The notes: generated by a model not told the origin, from the sequence alone. Counted from the first letter of the stretch, positions 42,594-52,820 are shown. The stretch: DNA of 64,000 nt from an uncultured Methanosarcinales archaeon (GCA_963843555.1 CAWJKV010000012.1:32001-96000); one strand, 5' to 3'. Translations and numbers: made by a program.

Positions 42594-43509
42594 ATGGCAT
42601 TCAAAATCCCCGCTGATATCGCCAAGGCAGCGATCGCTGCCGGATGCACGAAATGCAACATAACCTGGCAAAAGCTGCTGGTGCTGGGCTTTCTGGCCGG
42701 AGCTTACATCGCCTTCGGAGCCCTGTTGAGCGAGATCGTGGCTGGAGGCCTGTCCAACGGCACGATCACAGGTCCTGATGGCGCCATCTGGAAGATCGCT
42801 CTGCCGGCAGGCCTCGTAAAGTTCGCAGCGGGTGCAGTGTTCCCTGTGGGACTCATGCTGGTAGTGATTGCCGGCTCTGAACTCTTCACGGGAAACTGCA
42901 TGTTCGCACCCATAAGCGTACTGAACGGAGAGGCTCCCATCAAGGGTCTTCTTAAGAACTGGTCAATCGTCTATCTGGGCAACTTCCTGGGATCTATCTT
43001 CGTGGCCTATTTCCTGGCATACCAGTGCGGATTTTTCGATAGCCTTCCCTGGGCGGGCTGGGCGGCGACTGTGGCCAACACCAAATGCGGCCTGGACTTT
43101 GGCACTGCATTCCTGCGGGGAATAGGCTGCAACTGGCTGGTCTGCCTGGCGGTCTGGCTGGCCATAAGCTCGGAAGATGTGATAAGCAAGATCTTCGCCT
43201 GCTGGTTCCCTATCATGGCATTCGTCGCCATCGGCTTCGAGCACAGTGTGGCTAATATGTTCTTCATACCTCTGGGCATCTTTGCCGCCAACGATCCGGC
43301 CATTGCATCCAATCTGGCCACTGCGGGTGTGGCTACTGCAAACCTCGCCGGCGGCGTGGGATGGTACAATTTCTTCGTCACCAATCTCATTCCCGTCACA
43401 CTGGGCAACATCGTGGGGGCGGCACTCTTCGTGGCTGCACTCTACTGGTATGTCTACCTCCGGGGACCTCTTTGCGTGCATGAGCCCCGAGAAGACCACG
43501 AAGAAGTAA
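42594..43509 (+). CDS. fdhC: Formate/nitrite transporter (FdhC/FocA family); true end probably 43509 after an indel
   Basis: [57 protein letters not shown]. Confidence 0.92.
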
Positions 43510-43593
43510 CTGCCCAGACAAAAATTAGGATCGGCGCCTCCAGGCAAGAGGCCCCGAGCATTTCCTATTCGTCTTTTTCGTTCCTCGTATTTT

Positions 43594-44829
43594 TCAGGCG
43601 GATATGTTCATCTCGCTGGATCTGGGAGCATAACCTGCCAGCTCCATATAACCGATGCCGATCTGCTTACCGGTATGGTTCTCCTCCCGTATTCGCATAA
43701 TCCCTTCCCAGTACTTCACTTCACCATCTGCCACATTCATGGTCTGCTCGTCGAAGTATGGCTCCAGGGCAAATCTGCCTGCAGGGGTGTTGATGACCCA
43801 TTCCAGTGGGTACTTGAATCCGAACAGGTCCGATGTCCACCATCTGGATGCTGTCAAGTTGGCGGCATCGTCTCCCGCCCACCAGGTCGCATTGCCAAGA
43901 GAGTCGATATAAGTCAGGCCGCGCATACTTGGTATATCCTTCAGTGAGGGGTCCTTGAGGTTATAGAGCATCACATAGCTGCCATTATCAAGACGCATGC
44001 TGAACCAATCCCAGGCAGGGAGACATCTTCCAAAGCCACCCCACTGATGATCAAACCAGCTATCACCACGAACCTTAATCTCCCGCCCATCAATGGTCAC
44101 TGTTCCTGTGGTATTCATGGCCGGATGGGAGTAGTAATAGGTCATTCCTGTCATGTTCTCTGCGTCTATCTTCTCGCAGGCCCCCATGGCGCTGACGCCC
44201 CCAGGCCGGTGCAGATAATAGCCCAGCTTGTCGTCAACCAGAGTCAGATTCAGGGATATGTTCTTTCCATGGCCGCCATCGTCTGATACATTTCCCGATG
44301 TGAGAATGTTCCAGGCATCCTGATCCTGCCAATAGGTAAGGTTGGTATGTGCATCCTGGTAGCGCCAATAGTCGCCTTTTATGCTGTCAGTGCCATTGGT
44401 GATCCCGGCCTGGTCAGGAAGAGTTGCATATCTGTAACGGGGATGCTGGCTGTTGTAGACATCGCTTATTGCAGCGTGATTTACGTATCCGATCAAACCA
44501 GGTTCGAGGTTTTGCTGGAAGAGGGTGTACTGAAATCCCAAGAGTTCGCCGGTCTTTATGTCGTTCAGGCCTCCTGTCCAGTAAAGCCATTCCACGAACA
44601 GCTCAGGGTCCTTAACAACAGATTGGGGCTGGTGGAGCAGATGGTCGGCGGGGAAATGGTATACGGTTTCAGCCTTTCCACTAATCACATCACCGAGTGG
44701 AGGCGAGCTGTTATTCAGTACCTGGCCTGTAGAATCAGCTAGCGTGAGAGGCACGAGCGCCATTATAAGGCCGCCGATCAGCAGCAGGACCAATATAGAA
44801 TGGAAGCATTTAATTCTTGATGTCATCAT
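43594..44829 (-). CDS. Secreted CrtC/AttH-like lipocalin-fold protein
   Basis: Signal peptide; [38 protein letters not shown]. Confidence 0.82.
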   Translation of the reverse strand: MMTSRIKCFHSILVLLLIGGLIMALVPLTLADSTGQVLNNSSPPLGDVISGKAETVYHFPADHLLHQPQSVVKDPELFVEWLYWTGGLNDIKTGELLGFQYTLFQQNLEPGLIGYVNHAAISDVYNSQHPRYRYATLPDQAGITNGTDSIKGDYWRYQDAHTNLTYWQDQDAWNILTSGNVSDDGGHGKNISLNLTLVDDKLGYYLHRPGGVSAMGACEKIDAENMTGMTYYYSHPAMNTTGTVTIDGREIKVRGDSWFDHQWGGFGRCLPAWDWFSMRLDNGSYVMLYNLKDPSLKDIPSMRGLTYIDSLGNATWWAGDDAANLTASRWWTSDLFGFKYPLEWVINTPAGRFALEPYFDEQTMNVADGEVKYWEGIMRIREENHTGKQIGIGYMELAGYAPRSSEMNISA

Positions 44830-44904
44830 TTGCCCTCCAAGGGCTCAACTTCACTATAATAAAAAGTAGCACATATAGCTTTCGGAATAGGAAGATAGAT
44901 TTAA

Positions 44905-45000
44905 GGCGCTTACTTTGCCCGGGCTCCGGATAAGGAGGAAAGGGCCTCTATTGCAGCAGCCCTCAACTCAAGACGACACGCCAGCCGCAAGGTGTCGGCG
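44905..45000 (+). repeat. Diverged 96-bp copy of an internal segment of the MFS gene (46313-46408)
   Basis: About 10 substitutions in 96 bp by manual alignment, no gaps. Confidence 0.9.
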
Positions 45001-45009
45001 ATCCTACTT

Positions 45010-45402
45010 TCAGTACGCTACGACCTTCAGCCCCGGCACTCGCTGGAAATGCTGGTCCTGGCTCACGATGGTTGCATCATAGGCCAGAGCAATAGCTGCT
45101 ATGGCCTCGTCAAGATCGCCCACCGGCCCTCCCCCGGCTCGAAGCAGGGCAGAGATGGCTCCAAAGATCTCATAGGCGTCTTCATTCAAATCGAGCACAA
45201 GAAGCTGATCAAGCAATGCGATTAGGATTCTCAGGTTCTCGTCCACCCTTTTTGAAAGGAAAACGCCTCTGTAAAGTTCCAGGACGTTTATGGATGTGGT
45301 GCAAACCGATTCATTGACGCCCTCAAGATGAGAGAGCATCTCCCGCGCGCTTTCCTGCCCCCGCAACAGGTCGACAATGAAGGACGTATCCAGGACGATC
45401 AA
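45010..45402 (-). CDS. vapC: VapC PIN-domain toxin
   Basis: [32 protein letters not shown]. Confidence 0.9.
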   Translation of the reverse strand: MIVLDTSFIVDLLRGQESAREMLSHLEGVNESVCTTSINVLELYRGVFLSKRVDENLRILIALLDQLLVLDLNEDAYEIFGAISALLRAGGGPVGDLDEAIAAIALAYDATIVSQDQHFQRVPGLKVVAY

Positions 45403-45626
45403 AGATCAACACCACGAATTTTGGCCTGGCGCATCTCCTGGGATGCAGACTCAATAGAATCCGCCAGATCCCGGTTGACACCGATCTCAGCCAGGACAGA
45501 GGAGAGCCCTTTTCTCGCTGGATAGTATTTCAAGATAACATCGGAGAAGCTCTCTTTTTCCGAACCCTTCAGGCTTTTCAGCTTCTGATATGCTTCGTCC
45601 GTAATGCTGATGGTTCTCGTAGGCAT
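45399..45626 (-). CDS. vapB: Archaeal VapB-type antitoxin
   Basis: [25 protein letters not shown]; overlaps the vapC start. Confidence 0.88.
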   Translation of the reverse strand: MPTRTISITDEAYQKLKSLKGSEKESFSDVILKYYPARKGLSSVLAEIGVNRDLADSIESASQEMRQAKIRGVDL

Positions 45627-45775
45627 GGCAATGATATGTGTATGTATGTGTATTTATGATTTTCTGAACTGAAAAAAAAAGTCAATACAAAGCTGGGAGG
45701 ATTGGGGAAAGAGCGAAAGCCACATGTATGCTCCGTGCTGGCTTACAACACGGTGAACTAGGAGATTGATCTGAA

Positions 45776-46996
45776 TTGCCCAGTAACAGAAAAGCCCTTC
45801 TTGCCGTCCTCGGCTCATGCATCGCCATCTTCTGGCCTGGCGCTCTCACCTTCGGCTTTCCGGGAGTGATGGCTCCCATCTGGCAGGAGATGTTTCATGT
45901 CGGGCATGCTGCCACCGGCATGACCATCTTTTTCATGCTGGCGTCTGTGGGCGTTTTTATGTTCCTGGTGGGCCGCTGGCAGGAGCATTACGGCACCAGG
46001 AAAATGATCACTCTCGGTATCATACTCACCGCCTGCAGCTCTGTGGTCGCCGCCTATGCAACTTCAATCTACATGGTCTATGCCTGGGCTTTTCTCAATG
46101 GGCTTGCCTCCAGCTTCGTCTACATTCCGACCCTGACTCTGGTGCAATTGTGGTACCCGGAGAAGAAGGGGCTCGTCTCCGGCGTCGTCAGCATGGTCTT
46201 CGGACTCTCCGCAGCTATTATGGCTCCTCTTTTTGGAAAGATGCTGGCGACTCTCGGCTACCAGTCCATGAATCTGGCTCTCGCTCTTCTCACCCTGGCC
46301 GTTGGCCTGACAGGAGCTTACTTTGCCCGGGCTCCGAATAAGGAGGAAAGGGCCTCCATTGCAGCAGCCCTCACCTCAAGACGCCCCGCCAGCAGCAGGG
46401 TGCCGGCAAGATCTATGACTGCGGGGGAGAGTTTGCACACCCGAAGTTTCTGGTTCCTCTGGATAACCTGGACGCTGGCGGGAGCTGCGGGCGTCTCCAT
46501 GACGGTTCTATCCACCGGCTACGGACTGTTCCGGGGCTTTCCTCTGGAGTCGGCGGTTCTCATCCTGACCGCCTTCAACCTCACCAACGGGGCCGGGCGT
46601 CTGGTGAGCGGATACTTCTCGGATAAAATAGGAAGGACCAGGATCATTAGCCTGGCCTTTCTGGCAGCAGGCCTTGCCTATTTCGTCCTCCCCTGGACAG
46701 GCGACCTGGCGACCTGCGCACTCCTGGCGGCGGTGGTGGGATTCTCCTTCGGGACTCTATTCTCCGTCTCGGCTCCACTGGTGGCTGACTGCTTTGGCCT
46801 GGAGCACTTCGGGGCCATCTTCGGCCTAACCTTTGCTGCCTACGGTTTTGTCGCCGGACCTCTCGGGCCGATCCTTTCTGGATATCTGCTGGACAGGACC
46901 GGAGATAACTTCTTCCTGGTCTTTCTCTACCTCGGGCTCCTCTGCTTGCTCGCGGCTATCTGCATCCGCCAGGTGGTGCCGCCCAAACGTGTATGA
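45776..46996 (+). CDS. MFS transporter, oxalate/formate antiporter (OFA)-like
   Basis: About 12 TM helices; WYPEKKGLVSG, FWFLW, NGAGRLVSGYFSDKIGR, FGLEHFGAIFG. Confidence 0.85.
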   Translation: MPSNRKALLAVLGSCIAIFWPGALTFGFPGVMAPIWQEMFHVGHAATGMTIFFMLASVGVFMFLVGRWQEHYGTRKMITLGIILTACSSVVAAYATSIYMVYAWAFLNGLASSFVYIPTLTLVQLWYPEKKGLVSGVVSMVFGLSAAIMAPLFGKMLATLGYQSMNLALALLTLAVGLTGAYFARAPNKEERASIAAALTSRRPASSRVPARSMTAGESLHTRSFWFLWITWTLAGAAGVSMTVLSTGYGLFRGFPLESAVLILTAFNLTNGAGRLVSGYFSDKIGRTRIISLAFLAAGLAYFVLPWTGDLATCALLAAVVGFSFGTLFSVSAPLVADCFGLEHFGAIFGLTFAAYGFVAGPLGPILSGYLLDRTGDNFFLVFLYLGLLCLLAAICIRQVVPPKRV

Positions 46997-47069
46997 TGAA
47001 GAATGAATGGGAAAGAATAGGGAACTCATGATTCAAATTTTTTCCAGAACCCTTTATAATATCCCCGGC

Positions 47070-47501
47070 TCAGAATTGCACATCTACCTCAACCAGTTTC
47101 GCCCCCTGCCGGAGGGCCTCCTTCACTGCATTCTGGTCCTTCATGAGGAAGATGCGCCACTCCTGGGTCTCGATTTGAGCCAGGGAGTTCTTCAGCACCT
47201 CCGCGTACCTGCTCTTGTGGCCTAATTTGACGACGTATCCTCTTGAGTTTTCCACCAGCTCCACGGCAAATCCCCTTCGCTCTAAGAGTTTCTGGACCAG
47301 GTTCCTCTCGCCGGGGGTCTTGAGGACGAATCGGTAGCCATCTTTATCGTAGTAATCGGCAAGCTCTCGAAAGGTCTCCCTATCCTCGAAGAAGTGCTTG
47401 AAGATCCAGTGGCGACCGGCCTTGATGATGGTGATGCTCTTCTCCGGAATGGCTGGCAAAGCGTTTTCAAGCACGAAGAATTCCTCGGAAGTAATTATCA
47501 T
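47070..47501 (-). CDS. Hypothetical protein
   Basis: ORF with plausible composition; TATA-like sequence upstream; start uncertain. Confidence 0.65.
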   Translation of the reverse strand: MIITSEEFFVLENALPAIPEKSITIIKAGRHWIFKHFFEDRETFRELADYYDKDGYRFVLKTPGERNLVQKLLERRGFAVELVENSRGYVVKLGHKSRYAEVLKNSLAQIETQEWRIFLMKDQNAVKEALRQGAKLVEVDVQF

Positions 47502-47704
47502 TGTATTAGATATAAAATTTGTGGAGATAGAATACTGACCGGCCTTGACATTAACTAGGAAGGCTCGGTTAGGTTTCAACCATAAAAACTGTGAAATTCG
47601 GCATTGCCAGGCGAGGGAAACTGGATCCAATACTAATCATCCAGATCTGTATTAAGTATGAACGGAATCGTCTATATTATTCTTGAAGAGTACATTACTA
47701 GTCT

Positions 47705-47978
47705 ATGAGATGGGTGAGCGCAGATAATAGCGATCTGCATAATAATGGTCTCCTTTAATACAGCTTCGGCTTCGGGAGGAGATATCTCGGACCTGGAGAG
47801 ACTTATCGCAACCAATGAAGATACACGCATGGATTCCCAAGACCTGGCGTTCTTCCTCGCCACCCATAACTACAACGCTATGCCCAAGGATGGCTATGTA
47901 GAATTGAATCTGAATGGCAAGATCTGTAAGCTCGTCCCAAATGGCGATAAGACTGGGTTATGTGATCTAATGCCTTGA
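47705..47978 (+). CDS. Small secreted hypothetical protein (paralog of 20944-21288; indel in signal peptide)
   Basis: GGDISDLERLI..DLAFFLATH...KDGYVEL.LNGKI..L.P. Confidence 0.7.
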
Positions 47979-47984
47979 TGTGAT

Positions 47985-48266
47985 ATGGGAGAGACAATGA
48001 GATCAAGAATAGTGTCCAACGACGTGGTCAAAGCTCAGGTTCTAAAAGCATGCGCAAACGGGGCGAGCTGTACGAGGATTGTTCATCAAGCCAGCCCTAA
48101 CACGATAAAAGTGATATCATATTTGCTCTTGATAGACCAGGGTTTAATTGAAGTAAAATCAGTAGGTCCGAAGGTTGTTCACAGAACGACGCCCAAAGGA
48201 ATGGATCTGATAGAGAAATTCGAACGTTTTCACGTAGAGACGGATAAATCAACCTGTAAAATATGA
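47985..48266 (+). CDS. Small winged-helix (HTH_45-type) protein, paralog of 9980-10225
   Basis: QVLKACANGASCTRIVHQA..YLLLI..TTPKG. Confidence 0.7.
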   Translation: MGETMRSRIVSNDVVKAQVLKACANGASCTRIVHQASPNTIKVISYLLLIDQGLIEVKSVGPKVVHRTTPKGMDLIEKFERFHVETDKSTCKI

Positions 48267-48413
48267 GAGTCCCGAACTCAAAATGCTTTCTTCGCCTATT
48301 TGCCAAAAAAGAATCTTGACCCCTGCCTGGGGCAGAGGCCGCCCTGCTCAGAACTTTTCCAGGGAACTCTCATTCAGAGGACAGAGGAGCCAGGAACACT
48401 TTCCATAGGTCGC

Positions 48414-49136
48414 TCACGTATAGGGATTGTAAGTGTGACCTGTAGAGGGGTAAGTGTAGGTTGTCTGGCCATCTGCATAGGGGTAGGGATAGGGATATGG
48501 CGCGGGGGTGGGGGTTGGGCTCGGGTTCGGGTTTACCCAGTAACTGCTGGGGCCGTAGACATAGATGTAGGCATAGTTGCTCCAGCCGTTGCAGTAATAT
48601 TGCAGAATGTGCCAGCCGGGAACGTCAGCGAAGAACCATCTCTTGTACCAGCCTGGGTAGTAGACATTTCCAGCATATTGAGTTTCGAGCCTTCCATTGG
48701 GATACCACTCATAAAACCATATATCGCCTGCTCCTGAGGTCTCCATCCATAAAGGCAGATTAGCATAAAGGTTACAGCTTGCCACGGTCAGCGGGGCATA
48801 AGAGATGTAGAGGCTATTTTGCGCATAACCGCCTGGGGGAACAACCATCTTACTGTACACAGGGTTGCTGGCAGTGGATTTCAACCCTTGGGGTGCTGAG
48901 GCATAAGCTGCACTCTCGCTGGCACTCATGAGACCCTGATTTCTCTCCTGCACAGAGGGAGTCTGTCCCGAGGTGGTGAGAGCGGTTGGCGCCTCCAGTC
49001 CCAGGGATTCTGGGCTGGTCGGAGTGCTCGGTGTGGGTGCGCCACCTGCTGTGCTTGTAGAATACGATTCCATTTGCCCCCACGCTACAGTGCATAGGAG
49101 CATAATCAGCGCTATTATCAATACAGTCCATTTCAT
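48414..49136 (-). CDS. Secreted hypothetical protein with Tyr/Trp-rich domain and Pro-rich tail
   Basis: Signal peptide, WFYEWYP..WFFADVPGWHILQY..WSN, NPNPSPTPTPAPYPYPYPY. Confidence 0.8.
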   Translation of the reverse strand: MKWTVLIIALIMLLCTVAWGQMESYSTSTAGGAPTPSTPTSPESLGLEAPTALTTSGQTPSVQERNQGLMSASESAAYASAPQGLKSTASNPVYSKMVVPPGGYAQNSLYISYAPLTVASCNLYANLPLWMETSGAGDIWFYEWYPNGRLETQYAGNVYYPGWYKRWFFADVPGWHILQYYCNGWSNYAYIYVYGPSSYWVNPNPSPTPTPAPYPYPYPYADGQTTYTYPSTGHTYNPYT

Positions 49137-49182
49137 CAAGGAACACCTCTGTAAATTATTGACGTTATGTATGTATATAGGT

Positions 49183-49252
49183 AACTGTGGAGGTATGCAG
49201 CTGTGGGGGCGTGCAACTGTGGAGAAATGAGAAATGTAACGGTGGAGATGTA
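49183..49252. repeat. Degenerate 16-bp tandem repeat (core A[AG]C[TG]GTGG) in a divergent promoter region
   Basis: AACTGTGGAGGTATGC AGCTGTGGGGGCGTGC AACTGTGGAGAAATGA plus a fourth offset copy AACGGTGGAGATGTA. Confidence 0.75.
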
Positions 49253-49404
49253 GTACATTTCTTCCTGGGCCGGATGGCTCGACATATTTTTAGCCAGTTC
49301 CGCAAACGATAATAAATATCAAAAAATTAATTCTGTTATGCCAAGAGAACACTTTCGCTCCGCATCCATCATACTTTTATTCGAATTATGCGAACCTTTG
49401 CCAT

Positions 49405-50569
49405 GTGATTAAAGGCAAGGAAGCCTATTTAAAAAAATTGACCGCCAATATGTATATCCCTTCGCTGGAGGTGGGAAAGGAGCTGGATGGCAGCACTCCA
49501 CCCTCCGTCTTCATCGGCAGCTGGAACTATCCAAAGGTCTACGCTGGACCAATGATCGCCGCGCAGCACGGCAATACGACTATCATGGACCGGCCGGAAT
49601 CATGGATACCGGAAAAGAAGACCCAGGAGGAGATCATAAGATACCGCTTGAACCTGATAAGGGGCAAGCAGTCCGTCAAAGTCACCCAACTGGAGAATCC
49701 CTTTATAGAGAAGCTGCGCGACATCTCACTTTCAGCTTCATCCATTGAGAGCCTGGCGGAATTCGGTCATGCTCCCAAAGGCATGTCATTCAGCGACGAA
49801 CACACCCCCTTCGGGCCCAGCGCGCCTCTGGAGAGGTTCGACATCGACAATACCAGATGGGATCACGATCTTGAGAAGGTCTATTATGATGGAGACCTCC
49901 TGGCAAAAGACGCAGTTTTCGATTTGCATCAGAAGGGCCTGCCTTTTTCCAGTATCCAGAAGGCTTTCTCCGTGGGTGCCATGGGCACGAAGAAGAGACG
50001 CCGCCTTGTCCCTACGCGCTGGTCCATAACCGCCTGCGACAGCACTCTAGGAAATCGCTTTCTACAAGAGGTCAGAGACAACGATGTCATCGATGGCTTT
50101 GAGGTGAGGGAGTTCGCCAGCCTCAACAACTACTATGCAGTCTTGCTCCTGCCCAGTGCCTGGCAGTACGAGTGGATGGAAGCCTTCCTGCACATTCTTG
50201 GAAAGGAAGAGCTGATGTTCTCCGATTTCGAGAATAATGGGGGCAAGAAGGGCTATTCCCGTGTCGGTGGATGCTACTACTCCTGCAAGATGGCGGTCCT
50301 GGAGGCACTGGCGCGCGAGAAGAAGCAGGCAGGAGCGATTATCCTGAGGGAAGCGTATGCAGGATATGTGCCGTTGGGTGTCTTCAATGTCAGGGAAAAT
50401 GTAAGGAACGCCATGCTCCAGCCTCCAGTGGAGTTTGAAGACATGATCGGCGGCTCTGGGATACATCTCCAAGAGGCTTGAGCTTCCTGTGAAGAGGTTC
50501 ATCAGCCAGAGCGGTCTCCTCAGGGAGCAGCTCAAGAGCCGCCAGACCAAATTGAGCAGTTTCTCCTGA
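49405..50569 (+). CDS. Second Nre-family DNA repair protein (frameshift near 50450)
   Basis: [42 protein letters not shown]-terminal PIP box QTKLSSF; lacks the N-terminal zinc motif. Confidence 0.88.
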
Positions 50570-50677
50570 TGCACTTATTCAATCTATTCGTTGGATCGAT
50601 TCTTTGATCTCCGGGCAGTTCTCTTATATCCAGCCGCATGCCAATATATCATACATCAAGGATCAGGATGTGTGCTT

Positions 50678-51562
50678 ATGCAAGATGGCGGGACCAGGAT
50701 GACAGGCGGCGATATGGCGCCAGAGCTTCAGGCAAAAGTGGATAAACTGATGGAGGAGTTTGCAGCTGTGGTGGATGCCATGGCTGAAGATCGTCATCTC
50801 CAGAAGGGCATAGCCAGAATCCAGTTACCATTCAGCATGGTGGCTATCCTGGACAAAGAGAAACTCTCTATCCTGGCCCAGTTTCGAATGGAGAACAGAT
50901 TCGCAAGCTATTTTTATAAACCCAACATAGCATTAACTCCCCAGCAGGCAGCCAACAGCGCTCAGTGGGAGTTTGGTTTTGTTGACGCCTACATAATCCA
51001 GTTTCCAGGATCTTTGCTGGACCAGAGTTCTACTGATAGACATTCAGCTCTGCAAACAGTAGCTGCCCAGCATATCGACTCGGAGTTCTCGAGATTGGCT
51101 CAAATGCTCAGCCTCATGAGCACAAGGCCCATATTTGGGCCGGCAGCCCAGCCAATAGGGTCCCGACCTGTGCTTTTGCTCCTGCCCCAGGATGCAGATC
51201 TGAGAATCAACCAGGAGGCTATTTTGAAAGCCATTGAGGCCAACAACCTCAGCGAGAATGAAGCCGAAGACATAAGGGCTGGAAAATCTGCTGTTCGCGA
51301 GATGTGGTATTCCCTCAATCGTGCGGCAGTAATCATTGCCGATCTCACAGGAACCGATGCAGGGGTCATGTATGGCCTGGGCATCGCTCATACCCTGGGA
51401 AAAGAGACGATCCTGATTCATCCGCAAGGCTCAAGATACCTGACGGATATTCCCAGGACATACAGGATAGAGTACGAGGACAGTACTGTTGGCAGGGCAA
51501 GTTTGGAAGAGCAGCTTTCCCAGATGCTACGCTCCATGTTGACATCTGTTGTGGAAGACTGA
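50678..51562 (+). CDS. Hypothetical protein with C-terminal nucleoside 2-deoxyribosyltransferase-like domain
   Basis: IIADLTG....VMYGLGIAHTLGKETILI..TDI...RIEY. Confidence 0.7.
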   Translation: MQDGGTRMTGGDMAPELQAKVDKLMEEFAAVVDAMAEDRHLQKGIARIQLPFSMVAILDKEKLSILAQFRMENRFASYFYKPNIALTPQQAANSAQWEFGFVDAYIIQFPGSLLDQSSTDRHSALQTVAAQHIDSEFSRLAQMLSLMSTRPIFGPAAQPIGSRPVLLLLPQDADLRINQEAILKAIEANNLSENEAEDIRAGKSAVREMWYSLNRAAVIIADLTGTDAGVMYGLGIAHTLGKETILIHPQGSRYLTDIPRTYRIEYEDSTVGRASLEEQLSQMLRSMLTSVVED

Positions 51563-51680
51563 GGCCAAAACTAGCCAAATCCAGTGAAGCCTATAATGTT
51601 ATATATGTCCTGCCTTTATACGAAGCTCCGACTCCGAACTCAGGTCTCGAGCTTCACTTGACCCAGGAGGGGAAAAGAGG

Positions 51681-52820
51681 TTGAAAAAGATAAGGTTGGC
51701 AATCGCGGGCATGGGAAACTGCGCAAGCTCCCTGATTCAAGGGATCGAATATTATAAACACATAGATGAAAAAGAATGCATCGGACTGATGCATTATGAT
51801 ATCTGCGGTTACAGAGCTGGCGATATCGATGTCGCGGCGGCTTTCGACATAGACGTGCGAAAGGTAGGCAAAGATGTAGGCCAGGCCATATTTGCGAAGC
51901 CCAACTGCACCAAGGTCTTCTATCCTGATGTTCCCCACAAAGATGTCGAGGTCAAGATGGGACCGGTTCTGGATGGCGTTGCTCCTCATATGTTGAACTA
52001 CCCTGAGGACAAAAGATTTGTCGTGGCCGATGTCGAGCCCTGCAATGTAGTGCGGGAGCTTGAGGATTCCGGTGCCGATGTTCTGGTAAATTACATGCCA
52101 GTAGGCTCAGAAAAGGCCACTCGCTTCTATGCTCAGGCGGCTCTTGATGCGGGTGTCGGATTTGTCAACTGCATGCCGGTATTCATTGCATCCAACCCCG
52201 AGTGGGCCAGGAAGTTCCAGGAATCAGGTGTGCCGATTGTGGGCGATGACATAAAATCTCAAATAGGCGCTACCATTGTGCACCGGGCTCTCACTCAACT
52301 GTTCAAGGATAGAGCCTGCGTCATGGACAGGACCTACCAGCTTAACATTGGCGGGAATACCGACTTTCTGAATATGCTCAATCGGGAGAGGCTCAAATCC
52401 AAGAAGATCTCCAAGACGGAAGCCGTGCAATCCATTCTGGACACGCCTCTGAGCGACGATGATATCCACATCGGTCCTTCTGATTATGTGCCATGGCAAA
52501 AAGACAATAAGGTCTGCTTCCTGAGAATGGAAGGCAGGATCTTTGGTGATACTCCTATCAATCTCGAGCTGCGTCTTTCCGTGGAGGACTCGCCCAATAG
52601 CGGAGGAAGCTCCATTGACGCCATAAGGATATGCAAGCTGGCAAAAGACAGAAAGATCGGAGGGCCGCTTCTGGCCATTTCTGCTTACACCATGAAGCAT
52701 CCGCCGGTGCAGTATCCTGATGATGTGGCCAAAGAACTGGTAGAGCAGTTCATCCAGGGCGATGCATGCGTGCCGGAAAACGCGAGGCCTAGCCTGCGCC
52801 AGGTAGTAACCGTTAAATGA
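51681..52820 (+). CDS. ino1: Myo-inositol-1-phosphate synthase
   Basis: GMGNCASSLIQG, YMPVGSE, GDDIKSQIGAT, QLNIGGNTDFLNM, SKKISKT, VEDSPNS. Confidence 0.95.
   Translation: MKKIRLAIAGMGNCASSLIQGIEYYKHIDEKECIGLMHYDICGYRAGDIDVAAAFDIDVRKVGKDVGQAIFAKPNCTKVFYPDVPHKDVEVKMGPVLDGVAPHMLNYPEDKRFVVADVEPCNVVRELEDSGADVLVNYMPVGSEKATRFYAQAALDAGVGFVNCMPVFIASNPEWARKFQESGVPIVGDDIKSQIGATIVHRALTQLFKDRACVMDRTYQLNIGGNTDFLNMLNRERLKSKKISKTEAVQSILDTPLSDDDIHIGPSDYVPWQKDNKVCFLRMEGRIFGDTPINLELRLSVEDSPNSGGSSIDAIRICKLAKDRKIGGPLLAISAYTMKHPPVQYPDDVAKELVEQFIQGDACVPENARPSLRQVVTVK

Noticed and set aside
42391..49252. CRISPR arrays at the two tandem-repeat sites
   Set aside because: Units are 10 and 16 bp with no unique spacers, and there are no cas genes
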